Shown here in pieces: positions 37,931 through 51,430 of a DNA stretch of 64,000 nucleotides; the stretch's first letter is position 1; each line of letters starts with the position of its first letter. This stretch comes from Eledone cirrhosa (taxonomy: Eukaryota), in NCBI GenBank assembly GCA_964016885.1, contig OZ024743.1:150288001-150352000 (forward strand), given 5' to 3'. Under the pieces are notes generated by a model. The model did not search any database. It saw nothing but the letters and a program-made list of their open reading frames with translations, and was not told the DNA's origin. The position numbers and the translations under genes are program-made.

Positions 37931-38498
37931 CTCCCCCACCCCTCCTCAACACACACACACTCGAGCTATTCTCTATTACCCTCCACTGAATTTTTTCCAT
38001 CCATTCACATCCCTGATTCCTCATCACTCACATAACTCATGCCAATATAGAAAGACTGATGTGCTTTCTGCAGGGCACTGCCACACAGATCCCAGATATC
38101 CACTTCCTTGCTCAACCTTGCTACCAGTTTAGAAAATGAGATGCCCACCTCCTCTTTGCAGCCTGCCTTTCCCTTTTACACTATGCCATGAAGTGGTTGA
38201 CAACAATATACTCAAAAGAATGAGAGGACAGAAAACCTATAGCATTGTGTATATGGTTTAGCAGAGTTGTTAGAGTGTCGGGGAAAATGCTTTGTGGTAT
38301 TGAGTTACAGCTCTTCATGCCCTGAGTTCAAATCTTACAGAAGCCAACTTTGCCTTTCAACTTTCTGGAGTCAATAAAATAAATTACCAGTCGATTAGGT
38401 TTGATTTACTCAATTTTTACCTTCCCCAAATTTTTGACCTTGTGCCTAAATTAGAAATCATTATACATAAGGTCATCATATACACATGAGTTGGTCTA

Positions 38499-38687
38499 AA
38501 ACATATCTTAGTTCTTACAAGACTAAGGCAAACATATCTTAGTTCTTACAAGACTAAGGCAAACATATCTTAGTTCTTACAAGACTAAGGCAAACATATC
38601 TTAGTTCTTACAAGACTAAGGCAAACATATCCTAGTTCTTACAAGACTAAGGCAAACATATCTTAGTTCTTACAAGACTAAGGCAAA
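38499..38687. repeat. 31-bp tandem minisatellite, 6 copies
   Basis: Unit aaacatatcttagttcttacaagactaaggc, with one substitution in copy 5 and no spacers. Confidence 0.95.
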
Positions 38688-39694
38688 TTTATTCCAATTG
38701 AATATTAAATTGGAAGTAAAGTATTTCATCACTATGACTATCATATATGTGATAGAAATGAAATAGAATTGAAAAACAAGTTATTTCATTTAAAACAGAC
38801 ATACCTTATGATTCTGTGAACAAGCATCTCTCTCTCTCTCTCTCCAAAATAGGCTGCATTAACCACACCCCCCTTGACCCTCGTATGTCAATGGAAAAGT
38901 AGAGTGAAGCAATATATATATATATATATACTGATAATGGTGATATATATATATATATACAGAGACACATACATGTGTATGTGTGTGTATATGTACATGT
39001 ATGTACATACATATATGTACATGTGTACATACATACATAAACATAAATATATACACACACATATATATATATACACATATATGTGTGTGTGTGTATACAT
39101 ACACACACACACACATGTATATATATATATATATAGAGAGAGATTTTTTTATATATATATACATATATATAGCTCACAGTCATTTTCATCTCAGCCAATT
39201 ATAGAGACTTGAAAACTAGTAAAACAAATCACTGAAGCTAATCAAATTACAGATTTTTTTTGTCTCTTCTATATTTATATTTTTATCTATTACATTTTTC
39301 CTTCTGTACTTTTTATTTACCTTGAATGCCTTCAACTGAAGACATGATGTGGTACATTATCCTTTGTTGACCTGGATGGATTATGAGATGTCTCATGAAC
39401 ACAAATTTAATAATTGGTCAAAGCCTTAGTAATATATTTGTCTTAGATTGCAAAGTCATTTCTTTCTATCGCTGTCTTTTTTTTCTTTCCTTTCTACTAC
39501 ATTGAACAGATATATAAATGATAGGTTAATTGACAGCCGGAAAACATTAAAGTGTCAAAGAAGACATCATAATTGTAGTCACAAATTCGGAAGAGCATGA
39601 AGCATTTTTAAATTTTATACATTCAAAGTAACTCTATTTGATCTGAATGTTTTGAAAACAACTAGTTAAAACTGATTACGATTATTTATTGTTA

Positions 39695-39728
<34 letters not shown>

Positions 39729-39729
<1 letters not shown>

Positions 39730-40445
39730 AACTCTACAGGCATGGAGGTGCCGTCAGCCAGGCATGTCCGAGATGCGCGAAGGGCGACGAAACCATCCTG
39801 CATGCACTTGTCCAGTGTCCGAGCATTGCTGACTTGTGGGTTTATGTCGAACACCTGCTGTCACGTGTAGGATGGATCCAGCTATCAGCTGAGTCCATCG
39901 TGAGGATTGCTCCGCCCTCTTCCTTTAGCCGGGAAGGGCAGGCAGTTTTTATCTGTCTGGTGGCCATGGCGAAAGAGATAGTATTGTGGACACGTTTGAA
40001 AGGGCTGAAGACGAGCACTTACCTCTTCGGTGATGCCCTGATTAACTTTTTCGAATTTCATTTGAAAAGGAAAATCAGGGTAGAGAGGAAAGTGCTCTCT
40101 TCCCAGCATTTTGTTGAAAGATGGGTGAGAGAGGCAAGAATGGCCCGAGTGAATGGGCCTACTCTGAGTATGTGTCTGTAAATTAAAGGTGGAAAACTGG
40201 GAGAGGGCACTTGCCCTGGTGGTCAGGGTCACTGTGGCTTTTTTAATGGGCTTTCTCCACAAATGTCCCTCGGAAGTCTCCCCCCTATTGGGGAATTTTT
40301 CATTGTTATTTTTTTTGTTACATCCTCTGTTTTTGTTTTTTTACATGCAGAAATGCCCATTTGTACCATCCTGTATTGTCCTGTACTGTCCTTAATGTCT
40401 ACTTTATGTAAACCATTGTGGTTAATAAAGAAAGCATTATTATTA
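39729..40445 (+). mobile_element. Tx1/L1-clade LINE 3' end
   Basis: Open frame 39729-40181 has CPRC...ETILHALVQC..W (L1-type knuckle). AATAAA at 40424-40429, and (ATT)n on both flanks. Confidence 0.78.
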
Positions 40446-40475
40446 TTATTATCAATATTATTATTATTATTATTA

Positions 40476-41345
40476 TCACAACCAGTGACCTCAAGAGACA
40501 ACAAGGTCCGCCATGTTCAACAAAGAACACATACACACACATACATGTATCTTTAGGTGTTTAGACCTGTGATGTATTTATATTGACTGAATCTTCCTTA
40601 GTATATGGGCAGTTCCCATTAGTACTATCTTTTGTATTTCTTCTATACGCAGGTTTCCTGGGATTTGGGATAAGTAATCATTAGACCCCTTAGGTATCAT
40701 TCCTAGAGCTCCCTCAACCACTGGTATTGTTTTAGTTCTCAACTTCCACATTTTTCCAAACTCTATCTCCAGGTTTTTATACTTGCTCAATTTTTCAAAA
40801 GTTTTTATAGATACATTCTTGTTTATTGGAACAGACATATCAATTAGCAGGCATACCCTCTTTTTTAAGTCCTTCAGTATTATATAGGTCTACTTGCATC
40901 TATTTTTCGGTCTGTTTGGATGCTAAAGTTCCACAAGATTGTGATGTGATCAATTCTATTGATGGGGCAAGTCAAAATGCTTACACATTATCCAATGTAT
41001 GTATTGTGCAGCTCTGTCAGGCCTGGTTAGGTATTCGGTTGGAGCTATAGGACTGCACATTGAAATTATATGATCAATGGTCTCTGGTTGTTTTTTACAT
41101 ATATGGCATAATGGGTTGCATCCATTTTTTATTATGTTGACTTGATAATTTTTTGTTGGCAGACACTGATCTTGTGCTGATATAATCAGTCCTTCAGTCT
41201 CCAATTTCAGTCCAGAGGATGCCAACCACTGATGGGTTAAAGTTTTGTCAACATCAGGATTGTTAGGATTGTTTCTGGGTATTTTCCATACAGAGGATTT
41301 TCTTGCCATTTCTTAGCCAGTTTCTGTAGCAGTTCTTTCTTTGCA
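40476..41345 (-). mobile_element. R4/Dong-like LINE 3' fragment
   Basis: ETEGLIISAQDQCLPT, CHIC...ETIDHI..C and KLSKYKNL...IQKIVLMGTAHILRK. The tail runs into (TAA)n. Confidence 0.85.
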
Positions 41346-41386
41346 GTTACTTTTACCTGATTTGCTTTTTCTGTGTTTTTCTTCTT

Positions 41387-41482
<96 letters not shown>

Positions 41483-41957
41483 GTTCTTTGAGTCTCAGTC
41501 ATTGATGTTATTTAACTGGAAAGTTTGTTGAAATGAATATCAAGCCGCTACCTGCAGCCTCAGATATTCAGGACGTATCGGAGGGTTCTTGCTATTCCCA
41601 GCAAGCATGCCTTTTGAAGTGTTCCAAAAAGAGCTAACAATCCTGATAGTACCTAGTGCACCTATGACAATTGGGATGACCTTGATTTCATGGTTTCATG
41701 GCAGTTCCAAATCCTTTTTAACTCCCACTTTAAATCCTGGTATCGGTTAATTTTCTCCCTCTCCTTTTCTTGCACTCTCGTGTCAAATGGGCAGGCTACA
41801 TCTACAATCAGGCACAATCTTTTTTCCTTGTCCAAAACCACCAGGTCAGGCCTATTGTGTTCTAATTTCTTGTCGGTCTGTATCCTAAAGTCCCATAGCA
41901 CCTTCACCTGATCGTTTTCTATCATCGACTCTGGCTTATGCTCATACCACTTCTCAA
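41483..41957 (-). mobile_element. R4/Dong-like LINE 3' fragment (second family)
   Basis: VLWDFRIQTDKKLEHNRPDLVV...IVDVACPFD...EKINRYQDL (RLE). (TTA)n on both sides. Confidence 0.85.
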
Positions 41958-43937
41958 TTATTATTATTATTATTATTACTATTATTGTTGTTGTTGTTGT
42001 TGTTGTTGTTGTTAGGGTGGTGGATTAGCAGTATCGACAGAGCATCGGACAACATGCTTTGCGACATAGAGTTTAGGCCCTTTACGTTCTGATTTCAAAT
42101 CCTGCTGAGTTTAGCTTTGCCTTTCATCCTATGGAGTCAATAAAATAAAGCATCAATAACATACTGGGATCGATTTAATCAATTTTCCTCTCCCCCAAAA
42201 TTGCTGGCCTTGTGCCTAAATCAGAAACCATTATTATTATTATTGTTGTTTGCCATAGATGCACCCATTTCATAAAGCTCGGCTCAACAGTTGATTTCTT
42301 AGGTGATTACAACAAAAAGCACCCATTAAAGTGATAATGCTGGTGTCATGAAATAACTCTCAGTATATACTGTAAAGTGGTTAGCACCAGGAAGGACACC
42401 CAGCTGTAGAAAACCAAGTCAAACACAAAGCATATGAGCATGATGTGGTCCCTGACATATCTATCTTCGTAATATAACACCCAATCTAACCCATGCAAGC
42501 AATGAAAATAGTTGATAATGAAAAGTGATGATGATGATGATGATTTAAATTGATGATTGACTTCATGGAGTATACCATTTATTACATAGCTATCTCGTAC
42601 TATTTCTATGAACAATGCTAATATCATTCTGTATAAATATAATATAACTAGTAATATTATTTTGCTTAAAAGTAATTTACCCTTGTGCCTATATTAGAAA
42701 TCAAATATTATTGTGTATATCATGAAAAGCAAATATGACAAGCTGCCACTTAAGATTCTTTTATGATTTTTATATTACCTAAATCTCTCCCAGAATAGAT
42801 TAGTTCTAATAAAATAACTGATGCCACTTTTATTTTATTTTTATCCTGTGTCAAACCTATTATTTATAAACTTTCTATTATACAAGAATTAGATATTTTA
42901 TTGTTATCTTTAAATAAAGCTAACCTATACCATTTCAAAGTTTGTATGCAACTTTATATAATCCTGAAGTATTTATCTTTAGATAATTAATTAGTTCTTA
43001 GTTATTTACTCTTGCTGGTTTGGTCAGATTGCAATATACCTTTAAATTCATGATATCTGTGATAGCTGGCAGAAGTCAAGCAAACAATGCTCACACTAAT
43101 GACAGGTCATTTACATGAAAACATCAGCTATATTATCTTTGTTTGTAACTTTTAAATATAGAGCATCTTTGTTTTGTCCATTCAATCAGTGGTTCTTTGT
43201 TAGAAAATACGACTTACCTTTTTACTAATGCCATTGTAATCCATCAATGTCAGAGACCTTCCAGTTTAGTATTTTCCAGCAAGTGATTATTCATCTGTCC
43301 TCTGTTATTACAAGATTGCTTGATATTGGTTACCATCACTTATTCTATATTATGAAGAAGGAATGCCATTAAAGAATAGTTCAGCATGAAAGTTTTGTAA
43401 CTTTCAAAAGTGTGTGAAAGAATTGATATTATATGCAGTTCTACTAAGGTATATTTGCATGTAAGAGTCAGTGGTCCAATGGATAAGAGCATTATTACCT
43501 CTATATCAGGAAAAAGGTTTCTTACTTCAAATCCAACACAGGTATAAGATAACTGATGATGAGCAGAGATCAAACTAATTCATATACAGTGTAGATGTAA
43601 ATATTAAATAGATATTTTATCTCTATGTATGAGGTTAATAGTTTCAAACACTATAACCTTATTAACAAGAGTTCTTAATTAAGAACAATCAACACTATAT
43701 TACAGTCATTAACCTTTAGAATACCATGATATGCTGTTGGTTATTGAGAAAAATGGCTCCTAAGAACAGTTTAAATCATGCTCGTGTTGTCATTTAGTCC
43801 TAAATCACTCTTGACTGAGAAAACCTAAGATCAAAGTCAGTAGAGTCATGATCATTCTGTCTTCTCGCATCAAACAATGTATATTTTAAGATAAAAAGGT
43901 TTGGTGAAAGAAAATTTGGCTGCTATTTCATTCATTT

Positions 43938-45990
43938 TTCTTCTTCTTCTTCTTCTTCTTCTTCTTCTTCTTCTTCTTCTTCTTCTTCTTCTTCTTCTTC
44001 TTCTTCTTCTTCTTCTTCTTCTTCTTCTTCTTCTTCTTCTTCTTCTTCTTCTTCTCCCACTTTTTCCTGGGAGGGTTGTTGGGACAGAGTCCTCAAGTAG
44101 TCCTTTCAGATCAACCATCTCCAATTTATCTGGCTGAATCCTCAAGCAAGACCAGCCATGGATGTTATCCAATCAACTTGGGTCGCCTGTCAGTACGTTT
44201 GACTTGTAAAATCTGTCCAGTGATTCTTTCCTGAGACCTTCTAACCTCATGTCTGTAAAATAAGAGCTGTGATCTCTCAATTTGGAGAAGTACTGGCTCT
44301 ACCTTGAGTGACTCTATGGTCTCCAAGCTATGCACTTTATTTGAGTAATGTTTCTCCAATAACCCTTTGGAGGAATCCTGTTTCAGCTGCTTGATCATAT
44401 TCTTTCAGTCATTACCCAAGATTAATGTCCATAGGCAAGGGTTGGCTTGAATACCGAATTGAAGATAGCAAATTTGGCTTTTAACTTCCCTCTGATTACC
44501 AACTGCTGAAGTTGGTGCATTACTGCACCAGCTCCTGCAATTTCTATACATAATTCAGCCTCTTGACTTCCATCAATCATGAACATGGCCCCAAGATTAT
44601 TGAACTTCTCCACCTGCTTCATTGAAACTCCATTCACAGAACTGTGCAGACTTCCTTGCGAGGTTGAATGTCTCAGTCTTCGCAGCACTGATTTTCCTTC
44701 CTGCCATGCAACACTCAGCATCAAACCTATAAAGTGCATATCGGAGATCACCTTCTGATGAATTAAGTAGTATCATTCATCCGCAAATTTCAGTCCCCTG
44801 ATCCTACACCTCCAAGTCTCAATACGAATTCCAGCATGGCTATGCATGTCAATCCTGTCCATGAAGATTATGAACAGAAATGGTGACAGTATGCACCTTT
44901 GGTGGAGTCCAACACCCACATTGAATAGTTTCAACTTAACACCATTTATCCTAATGCAAATACTAGGGCATTTGTATAAAAACTTAGGGCAACAAGAAGC
45001 TATCCATCGATCCCGTACTTCTGCAGAACCTTCCCAAGCAGGTCATATGCTTTTCAGGTCTACAAAATAAGAATACACCTCTTGGCAATACTCCCATGAT
45101 TTCTCAAAGACCTGCCATAATGTGAATATTTAGTTGGCTGTGCTGAATTTGAAATGAAAACCACTCCATTTGTCAGCTAGCTTAGATTCAACAATCTCCT
45201 TACATCTATTTGCCAAGGAGGCTTAACACAGATATCCCTCTATAACTGAAGCAATCTTTCTTCTCTCCCTTTTGAAAATTGGGATTATCACTCCCGATTG
45301 TCATTGCTTAGGTGCCTTTCCAGAGATCCAGGCCACCTGGCTGACTTGTGTATGCCAGGTTGCCTGGATCTCTGGAAAGACACCTAAGCAATGACAATCG
45401 GGAGTGATAATCCCAATTTTCAAAAGGGGGAGAAGAAAGATTGCTTCAGTTATAGAGGGATCTCTGTGTTAAGCCTCCTTGGCAAATAGATGTAAGGAGA
45501 TTGTTGAATCTAAGCTAGTTGGCATACACAAGTCAGCCAGAGAATACTTTCTCTATTTAAGGCTTTTAACATTTCATCCTCCCCAGTGGCCATCCCACAT
45601 TTGAGCCTTTTAATTGATCTTGTGACCTCTGCCTCCAAAAGTGAGTCATTGCTCCCAGATGCACCTTGTGTACATCAGAAGATGCTTTTGTGACTGGATT
45701 TAAAAGATCAGCAAAGTATTCTCTCCATCTCATGAGGATGCACTTCTCTGAAGAAAAGAGAACCCCAGGTGCGTTCTTGATGACAGGTGTGTAGGAGGAC
45801 TTCTTATTATGAAATTAGTGAATGGCCTGCCAAAACACTTTATTCACTGATCTGAAGTCGGATTCCAGCTCAACCCCAAAGTCCTCCCATATCTTAACTT
45901 TGGATGCCTTTACTGTCTCTGCTGCAACTATTCACATCTGTTTGTTAACTGTTGACAGCAAGGGTGTTCTTTTTCTCCATGGAAAAGAAA
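43938..45990 (-). mobile_element. RTE LINE (family 2) remnant with long (AAG)n tail
   Basis: QVEKFNNLG, IFNSVFKPTLAYGH and KVEPVLLQIERSQL. RT-region decay continues to about 45990 and is homologous to 58471-59600. Confidence 0.85.
45177..45518. repeat. Inverted duplication with 165-bp arms inside the RTE remnant
   Basis: 45177-45341 versus 45354-45518, a few mismatches, 12-nt spacer. Confidence 0.92.
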
Positions 45991-47789
45991 ATTGCATGAA
46001 GTGTGTATCATGTAGTAGTGACATAAAAGACAAAATACTAGTAGAAGTTGAAGAGACATTAAGTATAATTCATAGAGTAAGCAACATCAACTTGCATAAA
46101 TGGAATAGTACAAGTGAGACAACAGAGTGGTAGAGCACCAATGGATCTAATAAATGTATGTAGGAAAGGAAGTTGTGCTTTTATGCACTGAAAACTGATG
46201 ACACCTGCTGAGTAAAACTATCTGTTTTTCTTTTCCTTCTTGTATATATATATATATTTTACAAACCCAATGGAATTTACATTTAGCAAAAACAGTCATT
46301 TATTTGAGATCCTTAGGGATCTCGTGCATTTTCCTACCTTGGAAATTTTCATGGAGAATATCCCTACATAAAACTTAAATGGCTTGAATTTATAAGAAAT
46401 TATTAGCAGTATTATTTCATTCTTCCAAGGTCAATAAAATAAAGTACCAGTTTAATAATGGGGTAGATATAATTGACTTTCCCCTTCCCTCGTGCTAATG
46501 CTAGAAATAATTATTTATACACTGGAATGGCAGATTTGATAGAGTGACAGATTAAATGCTTTGTTCTATTATACTAATTCTCCTCAAATATACCTGGGGT
46601 TGATAAACTAAGTACCAATAAAGTACTGGTGTTAATACAATTGACTGTTCCATCCCTACAAGATCCCATGCAAGGCTACCATGACTAAATGAGGAAATAG
46701 AGGAAATAGCTGTGACTAATGGGTTATACTCAGACTGGGAACCAAGCCTGAATATTTGCCACACAAGAAACTGCACTAAAGATGTTTCAAAATTGGGTGA
46801 TGTAAACTATGCAATAAGTTAAGTCTACCACCGAAGAACAGGTACTGTTCACCCAACAGACATCAAAACAATTCTTGTCTACTCAATTTTACTTGCTAAA
46901 CTTAGATCAACCTGGATTTATAGTAGAATACATATTCCCAAGTACCACAGAATGAAACTGAACCTGGAACCACTTGGTTGTAAAGCAATCTTCATACAGC
47001 CATGTAGATTTATACATTCTTTCTACAAAATACAAGTCTCTGTTAACTAAAGATAATTAGAGACAGTAATGACTTTGAATATTTGAGACATTAATTATTC
47101 TTCCTAAAAAATGTTAATGTTTTCAAAATTAAATGTTGCTTTTGTCATTACAAAACACCCATTGGCAAACACTATGAAACATAATAATTTTTTCAGTAAG
47201 GTAATTCCAATTAATGGCTTCTAAGGACCATTTCATTTACTTACAGAAATAATGCTCTTTGGAAAATCATAAATGAAAAAAATGTCCATTTATTGTCCTC
47301 TAAAACTATATGAAATTCTAAGCTTTGTGCTAACCTGGAAACAAGAACAACAAATGATACTGCTATAACTTTTTTTGGAGATGCTATATAAGTTGGGCTG
47401 GAGGTCTGCTAACAAATAGAGCAGTTAGCATTACTCTGTTGCCAAGTGTATGTTGTATCTGGCAGCAGACCTCTACTGGGAGATCATTACTGCAAATAGC
47501 CTCTAACAAACAGTGGCACAACACAAGATAAGGTGCAATAACTACAAGATGTCCAGTTATTCTGAAACTGGAGACCTTGTTTGAATGCTTGTAATAGAGT
47601 AAATTCTTTTAAAGACATCAAGGTTTAGAGGTTAATAAATCATTCCTCTAATTTAATTTATGTGAACATGTAATTTAATTAGTGAGTAGAATAAACACTA
47701 TTTAATGTTTTGAAAAATATGCATCTATTCCCAGGTAACAATTTTTAACCCACGACCGGCTCTTTTCCAAATGAATGCTTACTTTATCT

Positions 47790-48865
47790 CTAGTGTACTG
47801 TCCAAAGAGCATTTGTAGCAGATATTTTATTCTTTGAGTTGAGCGTTTGAGTTGTTCTTTCATGACAGCATAGCCTCTCTACTTCTTTCCTGATTTTCTC
47901 TTTCATGCTAACATGATGAATACCTTGACTTTCATTGGCCCCTAAATACTTGTAAGTTTTTTCCTGTTTCAGTTCCTTAATTATTGTTTCTACAGTCGTG
48001 CTTGTTTTTCTGCATTTATTGAATGTTGCTTTCATGCATTTTTTCAGTTCAGACTCGATCCCTACATCATCACTGAATATCTTGACTGAATTCAACAGTC
48101 CTTCCAACTCACTGTCATTTTTGGCATACTGTCTCAAGTTATCCATATAAAACAAATGATTTATGGTTTCACTTTCTATTTTGTAGCCATATTTTGTTTT
48201 GTTGAGCTGAAGAATCAAAGGTATGAGTGCAATACAAAATATAAGAGGAGAAAATGAATCACTTTGTAAAATACCACAGTTAATGCTTATACTGCTGGAA
48301 TTTATAGTTCCATCAGTGTGTCACAGAAAGAGATTTGTATTCTATACAGTCATATTATATTTTACGAAATTTGATATTACTGGGTTAATTTTCAGAACAT
48401 CAAAAGTTTTAAAAATTTATGAATGGCAAACACTATCAAATGGTTTTTATTGTCAATCAAAGCAGCACTTAAATTTCTGTGCTTGTTATGACAATTTTCT
48501 AGAATCATACAGTTAATTAGAAGTTGATCCTTACAGTGGTAAGAACCATGGCAACAACCTTCTGCTCAATAAGGAAAAGATGACTTTCATCCATAAATTT
48601 GTAGTTTGCTTCAGTAAAACTTAAGGTAAGAATTTTGAGGTGGAAATGCAGGTGATGGAACCATAATATTTTTGAATATTTGGTTTAGTTGATTTTGTAT
48701 GAACCAATCAAGAGTTTTCTTGAGGTTTTGCATAACTTCCTTATCATATTTTACCGGCATAGATGCTAAAGAAGATAACCAGATGTTTGGCACTTTGTCA
48801 ATGCCAGGAATGTTTCCATTTGTTAGTTTTCTTCTTGTTGAAAACATTTTTACTATTATCATCAT
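47790..48865 (-). mobile_element. Decayed R4/Dong-like RT fragment
   Basis: PGIDKVPNIWL, INHLFYMDNL and TYKYLG. Colinear with 1060-2120. Confidence 0.82.
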
Positions 48866-50839
48866 GTTTTTAACAGTTTCATATGACTTTCGACAGTCTC
48901 ACTGGGAGCACTTATGTATTCCTGTGGTGTGTGCAGTATTGTCTTTGGGGAATGCAGAATTATGTTTGCATTCTGTATTAGTTTAGTATTGTTTTTAGTG
49001 TTTGGTTTGTTGTTCCTGAAATCATTTTAACGTTTCATCTGATGTGTAGTATATGTGTAATGTGAGTTGTGGTAGTTGTTGGTATTATAGCTTGTCATGA
49101 GATCTGGTATCAATTATGTAAGAGTATATGTTGCATAATCTTATGAGGTGTTAACTGTAGGGTATTTGTTATGTTATATTGTTTGGTGTTGATTCTATGA
49201 AGTATGTGTTAAGTAAGTTGCGTTATTTCATGTACTAAATGTATCTTATTTCATGTACTAAATGTACAAGCATAGGAGAAGTTATCATGTGCTCAGCAAA
49301 ACTAATGAGTCCTCTCTATTGTCTAACTCCGATTGCCAACTACTTTACAGAATGTACTGAGAGCATTTTATCATGGCCTCAACACTAAAAATGTTGTCAA
49401 GTCCTCGACAAGAACAAGGCTCATTGTGAGATCATATTCGAAAGTGTCAGCACCAACACCTCACAAATGCTTTGATTATCTAACCTTCAGAGACCTCACA
49501 AATAGCTATCAGTCTTCTCATGCAGTAAAGAAGGCTTACGAAAGTTAGAGAAAGGACAGAGGAAGTAGTAGTAAGGAGAGGAGTAAAGGACTTAAAGTAA
49601 ATAATTGAAATTAAGATAATATAAATGTTTAATGGATTTATTTATTATATACATTTCAGATAATTAAGGATAAATCTCAGGTGAGAGTAACTCTGGCCGA
49701 TGGCTAACTTAATAACAATGGCAACATTAATGAGAATATTGATTGATAAGGATTAATCAATTAACTCTGGACATTAATTTTGAAATCCCATCTCACCCAC
49801 ACTTTAACATTTCTATCCCTGGTTGGAAGACTTAATCTATTGCTTTTGGAGGCCTTTAGTAGAGCCCACTCTGTTGTAAGTATTTGGGCCAGGTCCCCAG
49901 TTTGAGGATGCTTGCTTTTCTTCTTCCCTCCCACTAATCTCAGAAGCCTTGAAAAGAGTAATGGGCACTGCCTTTCACTCCCTGACTAAACAGTATAAAT
50001 AAATACTATATACTCCTCCCCTGCCAATCAGGGATTTATAGAAGTCAATAACAACACTGTTGAGCACCTGTATTCTAGTCATAATTATCAGTCAGCAGCA
50101 TGTAATGTAAGTGAAAGTGAGTTGGGTTGTCCTTCTCTCCCATTGTCATAAAATAGAAGATAATGAATATGATAATCAAGATGTTTCTTTACTAGTTAAA
50201 TCAATTTCTACAGAAACATTTCTAGTTGCCATAGCTATATACAGTTCAATATCCTCTAAATTAACTTTTTATATTTTTTAAAATATGATTGCAAGCTTTG
50301 TAAAGTTATTTGTCAATTTTATTATTTCCTCCTTTAATTTCAGCTGTAATAAATCAGAGCTATGTTTTTATTGATTTTTGTTTTATCACAAAACTAATTA
50401 TTAAGGTATATGTGTAGATTTTCTGTAGGGCATTACGAATATAGAATAAGTTGCAGAAAGTGTCAAAATATACAAGATGGAGGAAGTAAAATATTAAGTA
50501 AAACACTATAGGCATAAGTATAGCTAAGTGGTTAAGAAGCTTGCTTTGCAACTGTTTGGTTCCTCTGAACGACTATAGTCCAATAACAGAAACCAGCAAA
50601 ATAAAATAAAAAAAGCACTTTAAATCATTTAGCCCAGTGCTCTAAAATTTTTCCAACTCTTTTCCTACAAACTAAGAAAAAAAAAAGGAAAAAATCTTTA
50701 AAATTTTAGCCCATTAATTCTTGTGAAGATTGTAAAACATTGTTGTTTTTTTACTCAAGTGAAAAACAACAACCATCATCATCATCATCATAATCATTTT
50801 TAGATCTGTTTTTCCATGCATGCTTGGTTGGGTTCTTTT

Positions 50840-51430
50840 CAGCACAGCATCTCTCTACTCAACATGTTCCTTCGTCATTTCCTCTGGGTCTCTCAGTGAT
50901 TTGCAATCAGCTCTCACTACCTCTGCTCTTGTCTTTCTTGGTCTACCTCCATTGCAGCTTCCTTTTACTGGGATTTCCTGGCACTTCTTCACCAAGTGAT
51001 TATCATCCATGCACATTGCATGTCCAAACCAATGTAGTCTTTTCTCTTGCACACCATTTTATTTATCCAATTTCTGCCTTTCTCTCACATTTGCATTGCA
51101 CATCCAATGAAGCATGGTTGCTTCATTTTTCTCCAGCCTATGTATGTTCTCTGAGGTCACTACCTATGTTTCACTACCATGCAGCATGGTACATAACATC
51201 ATACAACCATGCTTTTGTACATGGGGAGAAACCTTTTATCAACAGTGCAAGAAGCTCTCTAAACATCTTCCATTCTCCTTATTCTAGCTATTATGCTCTC
51301 AGAACACCACCCTTCTCTGCTACTAACTAGATCACCTAGATAGCAGAAGCTATCAACCACCTATATCAGTCCTTCATATGATTGGAAAAAGTTTATATCA
51401 TTGATGCTCTTCTTGATACCCCTGTGCATC
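50840..51430 (-). mobile_element. RTE LINE 3' fragment
   Basis: QEKRLHWFGHAMCM...GRPRKT. Confidence 0.75.

Noticed and set aside
38499-38687. CRISPR-like palindromic 31-bp repeats
   Set aside because: The units are contiguous with no spacers, there are no cas genes and the context is eukaryotic.
43870-44172. Poly-Arg/Leu ORFs (also poly-Glu at 52903-53208 and poly-Phe at 58422-58631)
   Set aside because: Translations of (TTC)n tracts, mostly RTE tails.
47401-47473. 10-bp inverted repeat enclosing two small hairpins (three-way junction or pre-miRNA candidate)
   Set aside because: No hammerhead core on either strand, and the inner pairing is too weak for a miRNA hairpin.
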